Part shown: positions 9,621-18,569 of the stretch, piece by piece
How positions within the stretch are numbered: position 1 is the stretch's first letter
Layout: the number at the start of each line of letters is the position of its first letter
Source of the DNA: Caulobacterales bacterium
GTDB lineage: Bacteria > Pseudomonadota > Alphaproteobacteria > Caulobacterales > Caulobacteraceae
Direction of reading: 5' to 3'
Length of the DNA: 64,000 nt
Assembly (NCBI GenBank): GCA_038236615.1
Contig: JBBRZO010000007.1
Span: 25,780-89,779 of the forward strand
Made by a program: the position numbers and the translations under genes
Notes under the pieces: generated by a model
Databases searched by the model: none
Told to the model about the DNA's origin: nothing
Seen by the model: only the letters and a program-made list of their open reading frames with translations

Positions 9621-11120
9621 TTGGCGTTGGGACCCAGACTTGAGCTTCGGCAAGGCCAGAGCCTGGTCATCACGCCGCAACTGCAGCAGGCGATCAAGCT
9701 GCTGCAGCTGTCGAACATCGAGCTCGAGGCCTATGTCGAGGCCGAGATCGAGCGCAATCCGCTGCTCCAGAAGGACGACCGCGACGCCGAGCCCGAGGCC
9801 GATGTCGCCAAGGCTGAATCGACTGACGACTGGAGCGTCGACAACGCGCCCGACAGTGTAGCGGCGGCCGAGTTCGACGGCGGCGAGGGCGATGCTTCGC
9901 CCGGCGAGCAGGCTACCGGCGACGGCGACCTGGGGGCCCAGCAGGCCGGCGGGGCCATCGACTGGTCCAAGGCCGGCAAGGGCGGCAGCTTCGACGGCGA
10001 GGACGACCTGGAAGGCCGGCTGACCCGCGAAAAGACCCTCAGCGAACATCTGCACGACCAGCTGGCTCATGCGGGCCTCAACGAGGCGCAGCGCGCCGTG
10101 GCCGCTCAGCTGATCGATGCGGCCGACGAGGGCGGCTACATGCGCGCCGACCTCTGGGAGATCGCCGAGCGGCTGGGCTGCGAGCTCAGCTTCGTCGAGA
10201 ACGTGCTGACCGTCCTGCACGGCTTCGAGCCGACCGGCGTCCTGGCCCGCGACGTGCGCGAATGCCTGGCCCTGCAGCTGAAAGAGCGCGACCGGCTCGA
10301 CCCGGCCATGGCCGCCCTGCTGGACAATCTCGAACTGCTGGCCCGCCGCGACATGAGCGCGCTTCGCAAGGCCTGCGGGGTCGATGACGAAGACCTGCGC
10401 GACATGATCGCCGAGCTGAAGTCGCTGACGCCCCGCCCGGGCGCGGCCTTCGGCGGCGAGCCCAGCGCCCCGGTCGTCCCCGATGTCTTCGTCCGCGAAG
10501 GCCTTGGGGGCCTGTGGCATGTCGAGCTGAACACCGACACCCTGCCCCGGGTGCTGGTCGACCAGCGCTATCACGCCCGCATCGCCGGCGGCTCGCGCAC
10601 CGACCAGGAAAAGACCTTCGTCTCCGACTGCCTGGCCACCGCCAACTGGCTGGTCAAAAGCCTGGACCAGCGGGCCAAGACCATCCTCAAGGTGGCCTCG
10701 GAAATCGTCCGCCAGCAGGACGGCTTCCTGGCCTATGGCGTCGAGCACCTGCGGCCGCTGAACCTCAAGACCGTGGCCGACGCCATCGGCATGCACGAGT
10801 CCACCGTCAGCCGGGTGACCTCGAACAAGTACCTGGCCACCCCGCGCGGCGTGTACGAGATGAAGTTCTTCTTCACCTCGTCGATCGCCTCGACCTCGGC
10901 CGGCGCCGAGGCCCATTCGGCCGAGAGCGTGCGCCACAAGATCAAGCAGCTGATCGAGGCCGAGCGCAGCGAGACCGAGGTCCACAGCGACGACCATATC
11001 GTCGACATTCTCAAGGAAGCCGGGGTCGATATCGCCCGCCGCACGGTCGCCAAATACCGTGAAGCGATGCGCATCCCCTCCTCGGTCGAACGCCGGAGAA
11101 TGTTGCGCGCTTCGGTGTGA
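9621..11120 (+). CDS. rpoN: RNA polymerase sigma-54 factor
   Basis: QSLVITPQLQQAIKLLQLS region I, HESTVSRVT HTH, ARRTVAKYRE RpoN box. Confidence 0.98.
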   Translation: MALGPRLELRQGQSLVITPQLQQAIKLLQLSNIELEAYVEAEIERNPLLQKDDRDAEPEADVAKAESTDDWSVDNAPDSVAAAEFDGGEGDASPGEQATGDGDLGAQQAGGAIDWSKAGKGGSFDGEDDLEGRLTREKTLSEHLHDQLAHAGLNEAQRAVAAQLIDAADEGGYMRADLWEIAERLGCELSFVENVLTVLHGFEPTGVLARDVRECLALQLKERDRLDPAMAALLDNLELLARRDMSALRKACGVDDEDLRDMIAELKSLTPRPGAAFGGEPSAPVVPDVFVREGLGGLWHVELNTDTLPRVLVDQRYHARIAGGSRTDQEKTFVSDCLATANWLVKSLDQRAKTILKVASEIVRQQDGFLAYGVEHLRPLNLKTVADAIGMHESTVSRVTSNKYLATPRGVYEMKFFFTSSIASTSAGAEAHSAESVRHKIKQLIEAERSETEVHSDDHIVDILKEAGVDIARRTVAKYREAMRIPSSVERRRMLRASV

Positions 11121-11151
11121 TCCTTTTCACATCTTTCTGCGTTCATAGGGC

Positions 11152-11805
11152 ATGAGCCTCGCAGTCGACGCACCCCTGGCGGTCGCCCCGCATAGTCCCG
11201 GCCGCCGGCTGTCGCGGACCCTGCGCGACATCCGCGACGAGGGCGCCGAATCCGTCGCCGTGCACGACGTCACCGGCCGCATGGGCGAGAAGGCGTTCGG
11301 CGCTTTGCTGGCCCTGTTCACCCTGCCCAACCTGCTGCCCGGCCCTCCGGGTTCAGGGATCATCCTGGCCGCGCCGCTGCTGCTGATCGCCGTGCAGCTG
11401 GCGTTTGGAGCCTCCGCGCCCTGGCTGCCCGGCTTTCTGCGCCGCCGCCGGATCAGCCAGCCGCGGTTCGGCAAGGCCCTGAACCGCACCCTTCCGGCCC
11501 TGGACTGGGTCGAGGCCTTTTCACGGCCTCGCCTCGGCTATCTGTTCAACCCGCCGGCCGAGCGGGTAATCGGCGCGGTCTGCGCCATCCTGGCCCTGGT
11601 CTCGATGATCCCCATCCCCTTCGCCCACATGGCCCCCGCCATCGCGGTGGGGATCTATGGCCTGGCCCTGATGCAGCGCGATGGCGTCCTGTTGCTGGTC
11701 GCCGTAGGCCTCAGCCTGCTGTCGGTGGTCCTGCTGATCCTCGGCGCCGGCGCCACGGCAGCACTTCTTCATCATCTTGCGCCTATGCTCGCGGCCTGGT
11801 TCTGA
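11152..11805 (+). CDS. exoD: ExoD family membrane protein
   Basis: GEKAFGALLALFTLPNLLP, PWLPGFL, IPIPFAHMAPAIAV, ALMQRDG pattern. Confidence 0.85.
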   Translation: MSLAVDAPLAVAPHSPGRRLSRTLRDIRDEGAESVAVHDVTGRMGEKAFGALLALFTLPNLLPGPPGSGIILAAPLLLIAVQLAFGASAPWLPGFLRRRRISQPRFGKALNRTLPALDWVEAFSRPRLGYLFNPPAERVIGAVCAILALVSMIPIPFAHMAPAIAVGIYGLALMQRDGVLLLVAVGLSLLSVVLLILGAGATAALLHHLAPMLAAWF

Positions 11806-11890
11806 ACCGGGCTTTGGGCTTCACGAAACTGCGATCCGGCGTGGTCCGGGTTTTCTTGACACCATCGGTGCGGAGGCGCGTTCTCTAACC

Positions 11891-12496
11891 ATGCAAGTGC
11901 AAGTTTCCGGCAAACATGTCGACGTCGGGGAGGCCCTGCGTACGCGGGTTTCCGACGAACTCTCCACCAGCATCGGCAAGTATTTCGATCGCGGCGGCCA
12001 TGCCGACGTGACCGTTGGGCGGGAGGGTCATGCCTTCCGCGTCGATTGCGCCCTGTCCCTGGATTCGGGGACCAAGCTGCAGAGCCACGGCCTGGGCGGC
12101 GACGCCCACGGGGCCTTCAGCGTGGCTCTGGCCAAGATCGAGACCCGCATCCGCCGCTACAAGCAGCGGCTGAAGAGTCACAGCGCCCAGTCGAATGCGC
12201 GGGCGGCTGAGACCGCGTCCTTCTACGTGCTGCGCGAAACGGACCTCGAGGCCGACGAGGCGGATGACGACCACCAGTCGCACGAGCCGCCCCAGAGCAT
12301 GATCATCGCCGAATCCGAGGCGGATCTGAAAACAATGACTGTTTCCATGGCGGTTATGGAGATGGACTTGACCGAATCCCAGACAATCGTGTTTAGGAAC
12401 GCCGCTCACGGCGGGTTGTCCGTGGTCTACCGGCGCCCGGACGGCCATATCGGCTGGATCGACCCTTCGAGAACCAACAAGCCGAACGGAAAATAG
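11891..12496 (+). CDS. hpf: Ribosome hibernation factor (long HPF/RaiA)
   Basis: MQVQVSGKHVDVGEALR, KIETRIRRYKQRLK, VFRNAAHGGLSVVYRRPDGHIGWIDP; rpoN context. Confidence 0.93.
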   Translation: MQVQVSGKHVDVGEALRTRVSDELSTSIGKYFDRGGHADVTVGREGHAFRVDCALSLDSGTKLQSHGLGGDAHGAFSVALAKIETRIRRYKQRLKSHSAQSNARAAETASFYVLRETDLEADEADDDHQSHEPPQSMIIAESEADLKTMTVSMAVMEMDLTESQTIVFRNAAHGGLSVVYRRPDGHIGWIDPSRTNKPNGK

Positions 12497-12559
12497 CGCG
12501 GGCCGCAAGGCTCGCCTTTCCATCCTTCCCCGGCCTCTAGTGAGTGCAGGCACGCTGCT

Positions 12560-13024
12560 ATGTTGATTGATGATTTGTTGGATCTGCGCGCTATCGCCCC
12601 GAATGTCAGCGGCGGCTCCAAGCGTCAGGTCCTGGGTGTCATCGCCGATATCGCCGCCCGCAACCACGGCGTCGACGCCGCCGTGGTGCTGGACGCCCTG
12701 CTGGAACGCGAGTCCGCCGGCTCCACCGGGGTAGGCCATGGCGTGGCCGTGCCGCACGCCCGCATCCCCGGCCTGAAGAGCATGAAGGCCATCTTCGTGC
12801 GCCTGGACACCCCCACGGCGTTCGAAGCGGTGGACGACCAGCCGGTTGACCTCCTGCTGGCCCTGCTGGCCCCGGAGTCCAGCGGCTCGGAACATCTACG
12901 CGCCCTGGCCAGCGTCTCACGCCGCCTGCGCCAGCCCGAACTGCGCCTGAAACTACGCCAGGCCCGCACGGCGGACGCCATCCTGGCCCTGCTGGTGCGC
13001 GAGGCGCATTCGAGCGCGGCGTAA
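12560..13024 (+). CDS. ptsN: PTS IIA(Ntr)
   Basis: LERESAGSTGVGHGVAVPHAR phospho-His motif, DDQPVDLL, SEHLRALA. Confidence 0.95.
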   Translation: MLIDDLLDLRAIAPNVSGGSKRQVLGVIADIAARNHGVDAAVVLDALLERESAGSTGVGHGVAVPHARIPGLKSMKAIFVRLDTPTAFEAVDDQPVDLLLALLAPESSGSEHLRALASVSRRLRQPELRLKLRQARTADAILALLVREAHSSAA

Positions 13025-13034
13025 GCTGCTCCGA

Positions 13035-13198
13035 CCTCTCTTCCCCCTCTGGGGGAAGCGGCCTGAAAGGCCGAAGGGGGCTCCATCCACGGGCCCTTCC
13101 TTCGCGTCCGCGCCACCATCCTCGACCGCAGGCCCGCGGGCTTCAGCCCCCACCCGCTCGCCTTCGGCGAGTCGCCGCCCTCGAAAGGGGCGGAGAGG
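13035..13198. repeat. 164-nt palindromic intergenic element, divergent member of the B/E superfamily
   Basis: CCTCTC...GAGAGG ends, terminal hairpins CTTCCCCCTCTGGGGGAAG and CGCCCTCGAAAGGGGCG, same architecture and length as B/E. Confidence 0.75.
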
Positions 13199-13329
13199 CC
13201 ATGATCTGAATCAAAAATGACGCCCTCGTCAGGTTTTTCATTGACCCTTAACCCCATTATGTGGACAGTGTTTACATTGCCCAGAGGCCCGCGACGGGGC
13301 CCGGCAGAACCTGGCCGGAGGAGCTCAGC

Positions 13330-14457
13330 GTGACCGACAAGAACATCACCAAGGACGCCATGTACGACGCCGTGGCGCCGGACGATTTCGAGTCCATGCT
13401 GGAGCTGGACCGCTACAACGCCCGCTCGACCGCCTTCGACAAGATCATCTCGGCGACCCACGACCACTTCTGGGATCCGCTCGACAAGGCCTACATCGAC
13501 TTTGACGAGCCCTTCGACATGGTCAACCAGCCGCTGGTGCCGGAAGAGTTCGTGGTCGCCCTGCAGACCGACTATGTCTCCAACCACCTGTCGGACCCCA
13601 AGGAGCGCATCCGCTTCATCAACGAGTCCACCCTGCGGATCTTCTCCTCGATCCTGCACGGCGAGCAGGGCGCGCTGAACCTGTCGGCCAGCCTCTGCCA
13701 CGTGCTGAAGGACCAGGGCGCGCAGGAATACGCCGCCAACCAGACCCGCGAAGAAGCCCGCCACGTCACGGCTTTCGCCAAATATATCAAGGCGCGCTGG
13801 GGCCGTCCGGTCGAGTGCGGCCCGACCCTGAAGAACCTGCTGGTCGAGATCATCCACGCGCCTGAGGTCTACAAGAAGATCATCGGCATGCAGATGCTGG
13901 TCGAAGGCCTGGCCATGGGCGCCTTCGCTTCGCTGTTCAACTCGATCAACGATCCGCTCGGCAAGAAGCTGCTGCAGCTGGTGATGACCGACGAGGCCTT
14001 CCACCACAAGTTCGGGAAGATCTGGGCCGACCGCACCGTGCCCAAGCTCTCGGCCGAAGAGCACGCCATCATCGAGGACTGGGCCGCCCACTGCTTCCAG
14101 GCGGTGCTGTTCAACCTGGTCGGCCCCAACCAGCAGCGCGACCTCTATGAGTCGTTCGGCCTGGACCCCGACAAGGTGGTCGCCGAGTTCGCTCAGATCA
14201 TGACCGACGACATCCGTCGCGAGAACATGAAGGAGCAGACCAACATCTTCCGCGTGCTGGTCAAGACCCTGCTCAACGCCGGCATCATCACCGACCGCAC
14301 CAAGGCCTTCTACGGCATGTATGTCGACCTGGAAGAGCTGCGCGGCGAAGGCGACCGGATGGTCGGCGACGACATCGCCGAAGAAGGCATCCGCTACCTG
14401 CAGACCATCAACTTCCGCGATGGCGCCAACAAGCCGGTCAGCATCGCCGCCGAATAG
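13330..14457 (+). CDS. Ferritin-like di-iron four-helix protein
   Basis: Paired E...EXXH ligands: HGEQGAL, EEARHV, LVEGLAMG, DEAFHH; GTG start after GGAGGAG. Confidence 0.82.
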   Translation: MTDKNITKDAMYDAVAPDDFESMLELDRYNARSTAFDKIISATHDHFWDPLDKAYIDFDEPFDMVNQPLVPEEFVVALQTDYVSNHLSDPKERIRFINESTLRIFSSILHGEQGALNLSASLCHVLKDQGAQEYAANQTREEARHVTAFAKYIKARWGRPVECGPTLKNLLVEIIHAPEVYKKIIGMQMLVEGLAMGAFASLFNSINDPLGKKLLQLVMTDEAFHHKFGKIWADRTVPKLSAEEHAIIEDWAAHCFQAVLFNLVGPNQQRDLYESFGLDPDKVVAEFAQIMTDDIRRENMKEQTNIFRVLVKTLLNAGIITDRTKAFYGMYVDLEELRGEGDRMVGDDIAEEGIRYLQTINFRDGANKPVSIAAE

Positions 14458-14481
14458 GCCTCAACGCCTCTCAAAAGCCTG

Positions 14482-14511
14482 AAGCGCCCCGCATCACTGC
14501 GGGGCGCTTTT
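14482..14511 (+). terminator. Rho-independent terminator
   Basis: AAGCGCCCCGCA-TCAC-TGCGGGGCGCTTTT directly after the ferritin-like gene. Confidence 0.85.
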
Positions 14512-14543
14512 GCGTTTGGCGTGTCCTTGGTAACATCTCCCGC

Positions 14544-15068
14544 ATGAAGACTGTTTCCGCCCTGTTCGCTGCTGTTCTGCTGCTGGTCCCGGCCGCGGCG
14601 TCGGCCAAGACGGCCCCTCAGCCGATCAAGCCCATCGCCCCCAGCTTCTACAGCGGCCGCTGGTACGAGATCGCCCGCACGCCCAACATCAACCAGCGTG
14701 ACTGTGAAGCGCCGACCAGCGACTTCCTGTCCGGAGCCGGCGGCCGCTACCAGATCGTCCAGACCTGCCACCACGGCTCCGCCGCCGGCGCGCCCAAGGT
14801 GTTCAAGTCGGTCGCCGCCCCGGTGCCGGGGACCCAGAACGCCAAGTTCACCGTCACCTTCTTCGGCCTGGCCAAGCAGGAGTACTGGGTGCTGGACTGC
14901 TCGGGCGACGGCGCCTGGGCCATCATGGCCACGCCCGGCGGCAACTATGTCTGGCTGCTGTCACGCCGGCCGGTGATGAGCCAGGCCGAAGAGGCCCAGG
15001 CCCTGGGCCGCATCCGCTCGCTCGGCTACGACGTCAGCCGCCTGGAACTGCCCAGGCAGGCGGGCTAA
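14544..15068 (+). CDS. Lipocalin (Blc-like)
   Basis: Signal peptide, YSGRWYEIAR GxW motif, QEYWVLD, YVWLLSRRP. Confidence 0.9.
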   Translation: MKTVSALFAAVLLLVPAAASAKTAPQPIKPIAPSFYSGRWYEIARTPNINQRDCEAPTSDFLSGAGGRYQIVQTCHHGSAAGAPKVFKSVAAPVPGTQNAKFTVTFFGLAKQEYWVLDCSGDGAWAIMATPGGNYVWLLSRRPVMSQAEEAQALGRIRSLGYDVSRLELPRQAG

Positions 15069-15076
15069 GCCAAGGC

Positions 15077-15358
15077 ATGGCCAAGAAATACCCCGACACG
15101 TCCGAAAAACTGGCGGCGCTCAGCCTCGACGGCGTCAACGCTGAGATCAACCGCCTGCGGGTGGCCTATGAGGACGCCGAGGATCCGGCCGACCGCCAGG
15201 CCCTGTTCGACCGCCTCCTCTGGGTCGAGTCCGAGCGCGAGGCGCTGCACATGATCCCGGCCAAGGCGCACCGTTTCGTGGCGCAAAAGCCCGCGCCCAA
15301 ACCTAAGGCGCCTCCGCCGCCACCGGCCGCTGATCCGGAGAGCGGGGAATCCGACTGA
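15077..15358 (+). CDS. Hypothetical protein (93 aa, Pro-rich tail)
   Basis: ATG after AAGG, host-like codon usage, helical N-terminal part. Confidence 0.65.
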   Translation: MAKKYPDTSEKLAALSLDGVNAEINRLRVAYEDAEDPADRQALFDRLLWVESEREALHMIPAKAHRFVAQKPAPKPKAPPPPPAADPESGESD

Positions 15359-15725
15359 TATCCATCACCCAGGGCATGGCCGAGTCACACCAATACTGAG
15401 CCTTGGGCGTCAGTTCGGCCCGCTGTTTGATCGCCCCCAGGCGCAGGTTGAGATGGGGCGGGTCGTCCTGCCGGTGCGAATAGAGCGCCGAACCGCAATG
15501 GCCGCAGAAGGCCAGCACCGTCTTGGCCCCGCTGCTCCCGGTCTTCACATAGGTCGAAGGTTCGCCCCGCAGGTGGAACTTCTCAGGCAGCACCGGCACA
15601 TTGGCCCGGTAGGGGGCGCCGGAGTTGGTCTGGCAGTCCGTGCAGTGGCAGATGATCACGTATTTCGGATTGATCTCGGCGTCGTAGCCGATCCGGCCAC
15701 AATGGCAGCCGCCTTGGATTTGCAT
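15303..15725 (-). CDS. GFA/CENP-V family Zn protein
   Basis: GGCHCG, ICHCTDCQ, FCGHCGSALY motifs; start set at MQIQGG. Confidence 0.9.
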   Translation of the reverse strand: MQIQGGCHCGRIGYDAEINPKYVIICHCTDCQTNSGAPYRANVPVLPEKFHLRGEPSTYVKTGSSGAKTVLAFCGHCGSALYSHRQDDPPHLNLRLGAIKQRAELTPKAQYWCDSAMPWVMDISRIPRSPDQRPVAAEAP

Positions 15726-15785
15726 CGTCTTTGTCCGTATTTTCAACGGCGCGAGCCTAGCACCGCTTCAACGGGCGTTGACATC

Positions 15786-15800
15786 GAACAAAACCGGAAC
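15786..15800 (+). promoter_or_regulatory. Alphaproteobacterial LexA (SOS) box
   Basis: GAAC-AAAACCG-GAAC (GAAC-N7-GAAC) 12 nt upstream of the mmcB ATG. Confidence 0.85.
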
Positions 15801-15812
15801 TTTTATGGCGTC

Positions 15813-16253
15813 ATGGAGGCCGTCCTCACCCTTCTCACCGTCTCGCGGCCCGAGACCACGCTCAGCGTCACGCGCGGGGCGGGGCGGCTGATGCTGGACC
15901 TGGGCTATGCGCCGGTGGCCGAGGTGGGGCTGCCCAACGGGCGGCGGGCCGATCTGATGTGTCTGGGGCCGCGCGGCGATATCGCCATCGTCGAGGTCAA
16001 GTCCAGCGCCGAGGATTATCTGACCGACCGCAAGTGGAGTGAATACCGGCCCTATTGCGACCGCTTCTACTTCGCCGTCGCCCCCCACTTCCCCCAGGAC
16101 CTGCTGCCGGAGGACCCCGGCCTGATCGTCGCCGACGGGTTTGGCGGGGCGGTGCTGCGCGAGGCCCCCTACAACCCGCTGGTCGGCGCCCGGCGCAAGG
16201 CGCTGACGATCGCGTTTGGGCGGCTGGCGGCGATGCGGAGCGCCGGGTTCTGA
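15813..16253 (+). CDS. mmcB: DNA repair putative endonuclease MmcB (PD-(D/E)xK)
   Basis: EVGLPNGRRADLM, IVEVKSS..DY.TDRKW.EY..YCDRFYFAV, GLIVADGFGG; SOS box upstream. Confidence 0.9.
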   Translation: MEAVLTLLTVSRPETTLSVTRGAGRLMLDLGYAPVAEVGLPNGRRADLMCLGPRGDIAIVEVKSSAEDYLTDRKWSEYRPYCDRFYFAVAPHFPQDLLPEDPGLIVADGFGGAVLREAPYNPLVGARRKALTIAFGRLAAMRSAGF

Positions 16254-16257
16254 GGCG

Positions 16258-16427
16258 CTCCTCCTCCACCGCGTAGCGGGGGAGGTGGCCCCCGAAGGGG
16301 GACGGAGGGGGCGAGGGCCGTGCTCGACATCGCCGCCGCTCCCTGCCAGCCGTCGGAAGCCGAGCGCGCGGTCGCCCCCTCCACCACTTCGTGGTCCCCC
16401 TCCCCCATTCTGCGAATGGGTGAGGAG
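16258..16427. repeat. About 170-nt palindromic element, family E variant
   Basis: Shares CTCCACCACTTCGTGGTCCCCCTC with family E; terminal hairpins CCTCCACCGCGTAGCGGGGGAGG and CCCATTCTGCGAATGGG. Confidence 0.8.
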
Positions 16428-16435
16428 AAACTTCC

Positions 16436-18568
16436 TCAGTCCATCAGCTTCTGGCTCAGATACGTGTACTCCAACGACACCCGCCGCGCCGTCTCGTTGA
16501 GGTTGGCGGCGGCGGCGTGACCCCCGTCGATGTTCTCATAATACAGGAACCTGTAGCCCAGCTGCTCCAGCCGGGCGGCCGCCTTGCGGGCGTGGGCGGG
16601 GTGGACGCGGTCGTCCTTGGTCGAGGTCTCGATATAGACCTCGGGATAGGGCATGCCGGCCTTGAGGTTCTGGTAGGGGCTGTATTTCTCGATCCAGGCT
16701 CGCTCGGCCGGGATGGCCGGGTCGCCGTACTCGCCGACCCAGGAGGCGCCGGCGCCGATCTGGGTGTAGCGGATCATGTCGAACAGCGGCACCTGGATGA
16801 CGATGGCGTTGTAGAGCTCCGGATGCTGGGTCAGGGCGACGCCCATCAGCAGCCCGCCGTTCGAGCCGCCCATGATCCCCAGCCGCCGGGGCGAGGTGAT
16901 CTTGCGGGCGATCAGGTCCCGCGAGACGGCGAAGAAGTCGTCATAGACCAGCTGGCGATGCTCCTTCAGGCCGGCGTTGTGCCAGGCCGGCCCGAACTCG
17001 CCACCGCCGCGGATATTGGCCACCACATAGACCCCGCCGCGCTCGAGCCACAGCTTGCCGACCGTCGCCGAATAGCCGGGGGTCATCGAGACCTGGAAGC
17101 CGCCGTAGGCGTAGAGGACGGTGGGGTTTGACCCATCCAGCTTCATGCCCTTGGGGTGCACCACGAAGTAGGGGATCTTGGTCCCGTCGCTGGACACCGC
17201 CTCGAACTGTTCGACCTCGTCCTTGGAGGCATCGAACTTGGGGGCCAGGGCCTTGATCTGCTCGACCTTCTCGCTGGCCGCGTCGGCCAGCCACAGGGTG
17301 GTCGGGGTCAGGTAGCTGGCCACCGAGACGAAGAAGCGGTCACTCTGGTCCGAGGCCGAGCCCAGGCTGACCGAGGCGTTGGCCGGCAGGTCCAGGGTCT
17401 TGGTCGACCAGCCGTCCCCCTGGGGAGTCATGACCACGGCCTTGCCCTTGACGTTCTCATAGAGGGCCAGGACCAGGGTATTGTGGGTGGCGGTGATGCC
17501 CTCGATGGCCTGCCGCGCGGTCGGCCGCAGCACCAGTTTCGGCACGGCCTTGTCCGGCGCGGCCTTGAAGGCGGCCAGGTCGTATTCGGCCAGGTCCCCG
17601 GACTTGAGGGTCTTTTCCGGCCAGTCCTGCTCCAGCGTAATCAGCAGCCGGCCCTTGACCAGGCCCTGGATCGAAGACTTCAGCGGCAGGGGCAGCTTCA
17701 CGCTTTTGCCGCCCTCGATCAGGTAGTACTCGCTCTCGAAAAAGCTGACCCCCCGGCTGGCCATCACGGCCGCGACCTTGCCGTCGCTGTCGCGCAACAC
17801 GAAGGGGTAGACCGCCACGTCGTCGACCGTGCCCCGGAACACTTCCTTGGCCTCGCTGAGCGGGCTGCCGCGCTTCCAGGCCTTCAGCACGTAGGCGTAG
17901 CTGGACTTGGTCAGGGTCGGCTGACCCTTTTCTTCACCCCAGTCACGGGCGATCAACAGGGTGTCCTTGTCCAGCCAGGCGACGGACTGCTTGCTCTCGG
18001 GCGCCTCGAAGCCGCCTTTCACGAAGCTCTTGGTCGTGGTGTCGAATTCGCGGAACGACACCGCATCCTTGCCGCCGTCCGACAGGGTGACCAGGCAGCG
18101 GGTGTAGTCCGGGGCCAGGCAGTTGGCGCCCTCATAGACCCAGTTGGCGTTCTCGGCCTTGGCCAGGGCGTCGATGTCCAGGATGGTTTCCCACTGGGGC
18201 TCGGCGGTGCGGTAGCTGGCCAGGGTGGTGCGCCGCCAGACGCCGCGCACATGGTCGGGGTCCTGCCAATAGTTGCGCAGCTCCGACTCCTTGGGGCCGG
18301 AGAAGCTGACCGCCGGGATGCGGTCCTTGGCGTTGACGATCTTCAGGGCCTCGTCGAGGAAGCCCTGGTAGCGCGCATCGTTCTGCAGCACCGGCAGCGA
18401 GCGGGCGTTCTCGGCCCGCGCCCAGTCGAGGGCGCGCTGGCCTTCGATCTCCTCCATCCAAGTGAAGGGGTCGTCTGCAGTTGTCGTGGCGGTCACGGCG
18501 GCTCCGGCCAAAGCGGCGCTAGAAAGTGTTGCGGCGGTCATGATCGCGGCGAGGAAATAGGAACGCAT
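16436..18568 (-). CDS. Prolyl oligopeptidase (S9A), exported, paralog 1
   Basis: Signal peptide, DDPFTWMEE, GGSNGG nucleophile, STKDDRVHP, GGH triad. Confidence 0.93.
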   Translation of the reverse strand: MRSYFLAAIMTAATLSSAALAGAAVTATTTADDPFTWMEEIEGQRALDWARAENARSLPVLQNDARYQGFLDEALKIVNAKDRIPAVSFSGPKESELRNYWQDPDHVRGVWRRTTLASYRTAEPQWETILDIDALAKAENANWVYEGANCLAPDYTRCLVTLSDGGKDAVSFREFDTTTKSFVKGGFEAPESKQSVAWLDKDTLLIARDWGEEKGQPTLTKSSYAYVLKAWKRGSPLSEAKEVFRGTVDDVAVYPFVLRDSDGKVAAVMASRGVSFFESEYYLIEGGKSVKLPLPLKSSIQGLVKGRLLITLEQDWPEKTLKSGDLAEYDLAAFKAAPDKAVPKLVLRPTARQAIEGITATHNTLVLALYENVKGKAVVMTPQGDGWSTKTLDLPANASVSLGSASDQSDRFFVSVASYLTPTTLWLADAASEKVEQIKALAPKFDASKDEVEQFEAVSSDGTKIPYFVVHPKGMKLDGSNPTVLYAYGGFQVSMTPGYSATVGKLWLERGGVYVVANIRGGGEFGPAWHNAGLKEHRQLVYDDFFAVSRDLIARKITSPRRLGIMGGSNGGLLMGVALTQHPELYNAIVIQVPLFDMIRYTQIGAGASWVGEYGDPAIPAERAWIEKYSPYQNLKAGMPYPEVYIETSTKDDRVHPAHARKAAARLEQLGYRFLYYENIDGGHAAAANLNETARRVSLEYTYLSQKLMD

Positions 18569-18569
18569 C

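Noticed and set aside
11800-12560. Sigma-54 promoter for hpf or ptsN
   Set aside because: No convincing TGGCAC-N5-TTGC match found (AGGCACGCTGCTATG at about 12548 fails at -12)
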